9,212 nt of DNA, from NCBI GenBank assembly GCA_035387745.1, contig DAOOON010000024.1:1-9212 (forward strand), written 5' to 3'. This stretch comes from an archaeon. Lineage in GTDB: Archaea; Iainarchaeota; Iainarchaeia; Iainarchaeales; CSSED10-239. Position numbers and translations under genes: made by a program. Under the pieces are notes generated by a model, which saw nothing but the letters and a program-made list of their open reading frames with translations, made no database searches and was not told the origin of the DNA. Shown in pieces: positions 6,780 through 9,212 of this stretch (the stretch's first letter is position 1; every line of letters starts with the position of its first letter).

Positions 6780-9212
6780 TTAATCCTTCTTTTCAGCAAT
6801 ATAATAGCCGCCTTGTCCAGCACTAAAATCTATATAATATTCTCCAGATTCGGTTTTTATAACAAAAATATTTGGATTATTATTTGTTTTTCCTGATAAT
6901 ATTGCTGGATTAGACCACAAATAAAAATTCTTTTCGTTGTTTGTATTTTCAAATCTGAAACAAATGTGATTATTCAATATTGAGGGATATCTTATGCCAC
7001 CAACTAATGGATTGTCTGTTGCTCCATAAATCATATAATTAAATCCGCTGGTGTTTATTTGTGCTTGATATTTCCCTAGCGTTTCTAGTTTTGAAGGCAA
7101 AGAATACAATATTTTATTATTCCTTATTTCTTTTCGTGAATCTGTATCTAATAAATTAAAATATAATTCTTTTTCAGATTCTATAAGCATCTGTGGTTTG
7201 TTGCCGCTGTCTTTAAAGTTATTAAATACAAACACACTAGTTTTTATTGGTGTTGTAAAATTATAGGTATGATCAGACGATAGATGGGTTGTAATTATTT
7301 GCGGAGTAGAATCGCTTGTTGGAATAAGACTTCTTAAAGCAATATTTGATTTTTTATAGTCTCCTCTTACAGAGTCATCATATACATCTATTGAAAATGC
7401 ATTTCCGGTTATGTCTTTAGAAGTTATTTGAAGTGGAATGATGTCTGCAAATTGGGAGTCTTGTATTTGCCCGTTTTGAGTTGTCTTTAATTCATAGATA
7501 TATCCGTCTTGAATATTTAATAAATCGGAATAATCAGAATATACTTTTATGTTGCTTGATTTTGTTTTAGCGTGTTGAGTAATACTTAAATCAAATGGAG
7601 TCTCTCCATAATCATTATATCTTGCATTAATGTTGATTGTAAAAAATAAATTATCTTTATATTCTAGGCGATTTTCGTAAATGTTTATTTTTGATTCAGA
7701 GATATCAGATAATTTTGATAATTTATAATTTGCTGTCTTTTTAGAATCATCAATATTTTCTAGATATAATAAATAAACATTTGGTTTATCTATGTTCTTT
7801 ATTTCTGAAGTGGCGTCTATATTATAAGTATAATCTTCTCTGTTACTTAAGAAGTATATTTCTGTTAGTATGTTATTTGTTTCTCCTGTTAAATCACCAA
7901 ATGGTTTAAGATTTACAAGCGATGGATTTAAAGCAACTCCGTAGTATATATCGAGACTACTTAAAAATGCTAACATATATTCCATATCTTCAAGTAAGAT
8001 TGTTTCTTTATCTGGTTTTGTAGAACTTAAAAAATTGTTTGCTGTAAAAGATATATAGGTTTTATTCGCTATATCTATTACATAGATATTTAAATCGTCA
8101 TTTAGCAGTTCTTTTGTTTTAAGTAAATACTCTTCTTTCTTAGAACTATCAAAATTAATTCTCATGATTGTTAACTTTTGTAATTCTTTTGGTACAGAAT
8201 TATTTAAATCTATCTTTAATCTGCGTATTATTTCTTTAGTATTGCTATTTCTTTCTTCTATTGGTTGTAAATTTATTTTAAACATATCGTCTTGATATTC
8301 TGAAATTAATGTTTCATCAATTACTGGGTCTACCGCTGGATTTAATCTAGAGTCTAGTATTGAGGGCCTTGCTAAATGTAGTTCTATAAGTTTAAAATCG
8401 TTTAATTTGAATTTAATGTCTTCTAATTCTATATAGTTATTATTATTTAGTTCTTTTATCTTTTTATTTAGTGCTAATCTAAATTGGTCTTGATCACAAT
8501 AGTTCTCACCATAGTCGCAGGAATTATAGTTGATCTGAGATTCTGACCATTCGAATAGTATCTTATCAAATCCATATTTCATATATTCTATTAAACCGGT
8601 CCTACCATAATCTTCATTAAATCCTTTAGGATCAAAACATAGGCCTTCGCCGTTGTATTCTACGTAATCTTCTAAATCAAACTTTGTAGTTAGTGATGAA
8701 TTCTCTCTTCCTAATAACTTATTAATATTTATTTTTATTTTGATATTTGCAACTTCTTTAGATTTATTATATATCTTAAATATCTTTGGTTCAGGGTCAT
8801 TACTTTCTGTTAAATAAAGGTCAGAAATGTTTTCAGTAGATAGTATTGTTTCTGGAGGTCCAAAGGTTATCAAACACATCGAATATTGCTTAGATCTTAA
8901 TAGTTTTAATTCAATATTATAATTTGGTTTTATAACATAACCAGAATTAACTTCTTGTAATCCTTTTGTTCTTATATTGTCTGGATTAATATTAACTAAA
9001 TTCTCTTTGCTTTCTTTTATAGTAATTAAATCCTTTATGTCTGAATAATTACCTTTAATACACCCTCTGTATTTTCCGGTTTCTTCATCTTTAATAAATG
9101 CTAAATTGCTAAAGGTATTCCCTAAATCAAGATAAACGTCCTTCTCTTGAATATCCCCTCTAAATCTTGGAACTTGTAATTTATTGAAATCTACATCAGA
9201 ATCCAATTTTAT
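6780..9212 (-). CDS. Large (>=808 aa) protein of unknown function; 5' end probably outside the window
   Basis: The ORF track starts it at a TTG at 9206, but the two upstream in-frame codons (ATA AAA, 9212-9207) are also open, so the frame reaches the window edge. Stop is TAA at 6782-6780. No signal peptide is visible in the available N-terminus, and there is no TM helix or C-terminal anchor. I recognise no family or catalytic motif. Confidence 0.8.
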   Translation of the reverse strand: MKLDSDVDFNKLQVPRFRGDIQEKDVYLDLGNTFSNLAFIKDEETGKYRGCIKGNYSDIKDLITIKESKENLVNINPDNIRTKGLQEVNSGYVIKPNYNIELKLLRSKQYSMCLITFGPPETILSTENISDLYLTESNDPEPKIFKIYNKSKEVANIKIKININKLLGRENSSLTTKFDLEDYVEYNGEGLCFDPKGFNEDYGRTGLIEYMKYGFDKILFEWSESQINYNSCDYGENYCDQDQFRLALNKKIKELNNNNYIELEDIKFKLNDFKLIELHLARPSILDSRLNPAVDPVIDETLISEYQDDMFKINLQPIEERNSNTKEIIRRLKIDLNNSVPKELQKLTIMRINFDSSKKEEYLLKTKELLNDDLNIYVIDIANKTYISFTANNFLSSTKPDKETILLEDMEYMLAFLSSLDIYYGVALNPSLVNLKPFGDLTGETNNILTEIYFLSNREDYTYNIDATSEIKNIDKPNVYLLYLENIDDSKKTANYKLSKLSDISESKINIYENRLEYKDNLFFTININARYNDYGETPFDLSITQHAKTKSSNIKVYSDYSDLLNIQDGYIYELKTTQNGQIQDSQFADIIPLQITSKDITGNAFSIDVYDDSVRGDYKKSNIALRSLIPTSDSTPQIITTHLSSDHTYNFTTPIKTSVFVFNNFKDSGNKPQMLIESEKELYFNLLDTDSRKEIRNNKILYSLPSKLETLGKYQAQINTSGFNYMIYGATDNPLVGGIRYPSILNNHICFRFENTNNEKNFYLWSNPAILSGKTNNNPNIFVIKTESGEYYIDFSAGQGGYYIAEKKD
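6784..6788 (-). promoter_or_regulatory. Shine-Dalgarno AAGGA for the 92-aa gene, embedded in the last codons of the upstream gene
   Basis: Minus strand reads GCT GAA AAG AAG GAT TAA T ATG, with AAGGA 5 nt upstream of the ATG at 6778. Confidence 0.55.

Noticed and set aside
6779-6823. The 15-codon N-terminal extension (MLDKAAIILLKRRIN) of the small ORF as listed in the track
   Set aside because: It needs a non-ATG start and a 44-nt overlap with the upstream gene. The internal ATG at 6778 has an AAGGA SD and a TAAtATG coupling junction, so it is the more plausible start.
1-9212. Phage or virus tail-fibre / receptor-binding module as an alternative explanation for large repeat-rich orphan proteins
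   Set aside because: The window has no hallmark viral genes (capsid, terminase, portal, baseplate, tape measure). The proteins carry Sec signal or membrane-anchor features typical of cellular envelope proteins. This cannot be fully excluded without the flanking sequence.
9199-9212. AAAATTGG at the right edge resembles the mimivirus early promoter motif AAAATTGA
   Set aside because: It has one mismatch, lies within an open reading frame and sits in very AT-rich DNA. The gene organisation (SD motifs, TAAtATG coupling) is prokaryotic.
1-9212. Alternative genetic code (TGA=Trp, as in Mycoplasma-like AT-rich genomes), CRISPR arrays, tRNA/rRNA genes, IS elements
   Set aside because: The long ORFs are intact under the standard code and Trp is encoded by TGG (e.g. 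WQYPKQP, CWKAG). An in-frame TGA cleanly bounds the giant ORF upstream of its ATG. I saw no direct-repeat/spacer periodicity, cloverleaf-like sequence, terminal inverted repeats or transposase-like ORF.

Overview
AT-rich window (about 30% GC or lower from spot counts), almost entirely coding on the minus strand. It holds four co-directional, tightly packed genes. (1) A large orphan protein, 6780..9212, whose 5' end probably lies outside the window. (2) A 92-aa single-pass membrane protein, 6500..6778, translationally coupled to gene 1 (TAAtATG). (3) A 692-aa secreted protein, 4409..6487, with a Sec-type signal peptide, three copies of an internal module and a Cys-rich C-terminal domain. (4) After a 116-nt spacer, a giant gene, 4292..1, that is NOT in the supplied ORF track. 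Hand translation of the minus strand from the ATG at 4292 gives 1430 sense codons with no stop up to the window edge. This protein has an N-terminal signal-anchor helix and at least seven carboxypeptidase-regulatory-like beta-sandwich modules around a 320-aa non-repeat insert. I saw no rRNA, tRNA, CRISPR array, transposase, or catalytic motif such as HEXXH. All three in-window stops are TAA, and TGG encodes Trp. Shine-Dalgarno-like motifs (AAGGA, GGTG) precede the internal genes. The only sizeable intergenic region has hairpin-less oligo-T tracts and TATA-box-like elements, which fits an archaeal (DPANN-like) origin somewhat better than a bacterial one, but the taxon is unproven. My overall reading is an uncharacterised operon-like cluster that encodes only exported or membrane proteins, so a candidate cell-surface, envelope or attachment module. 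That function is inference; I recognise only the beta-sandwich repeats and the targeting signals.
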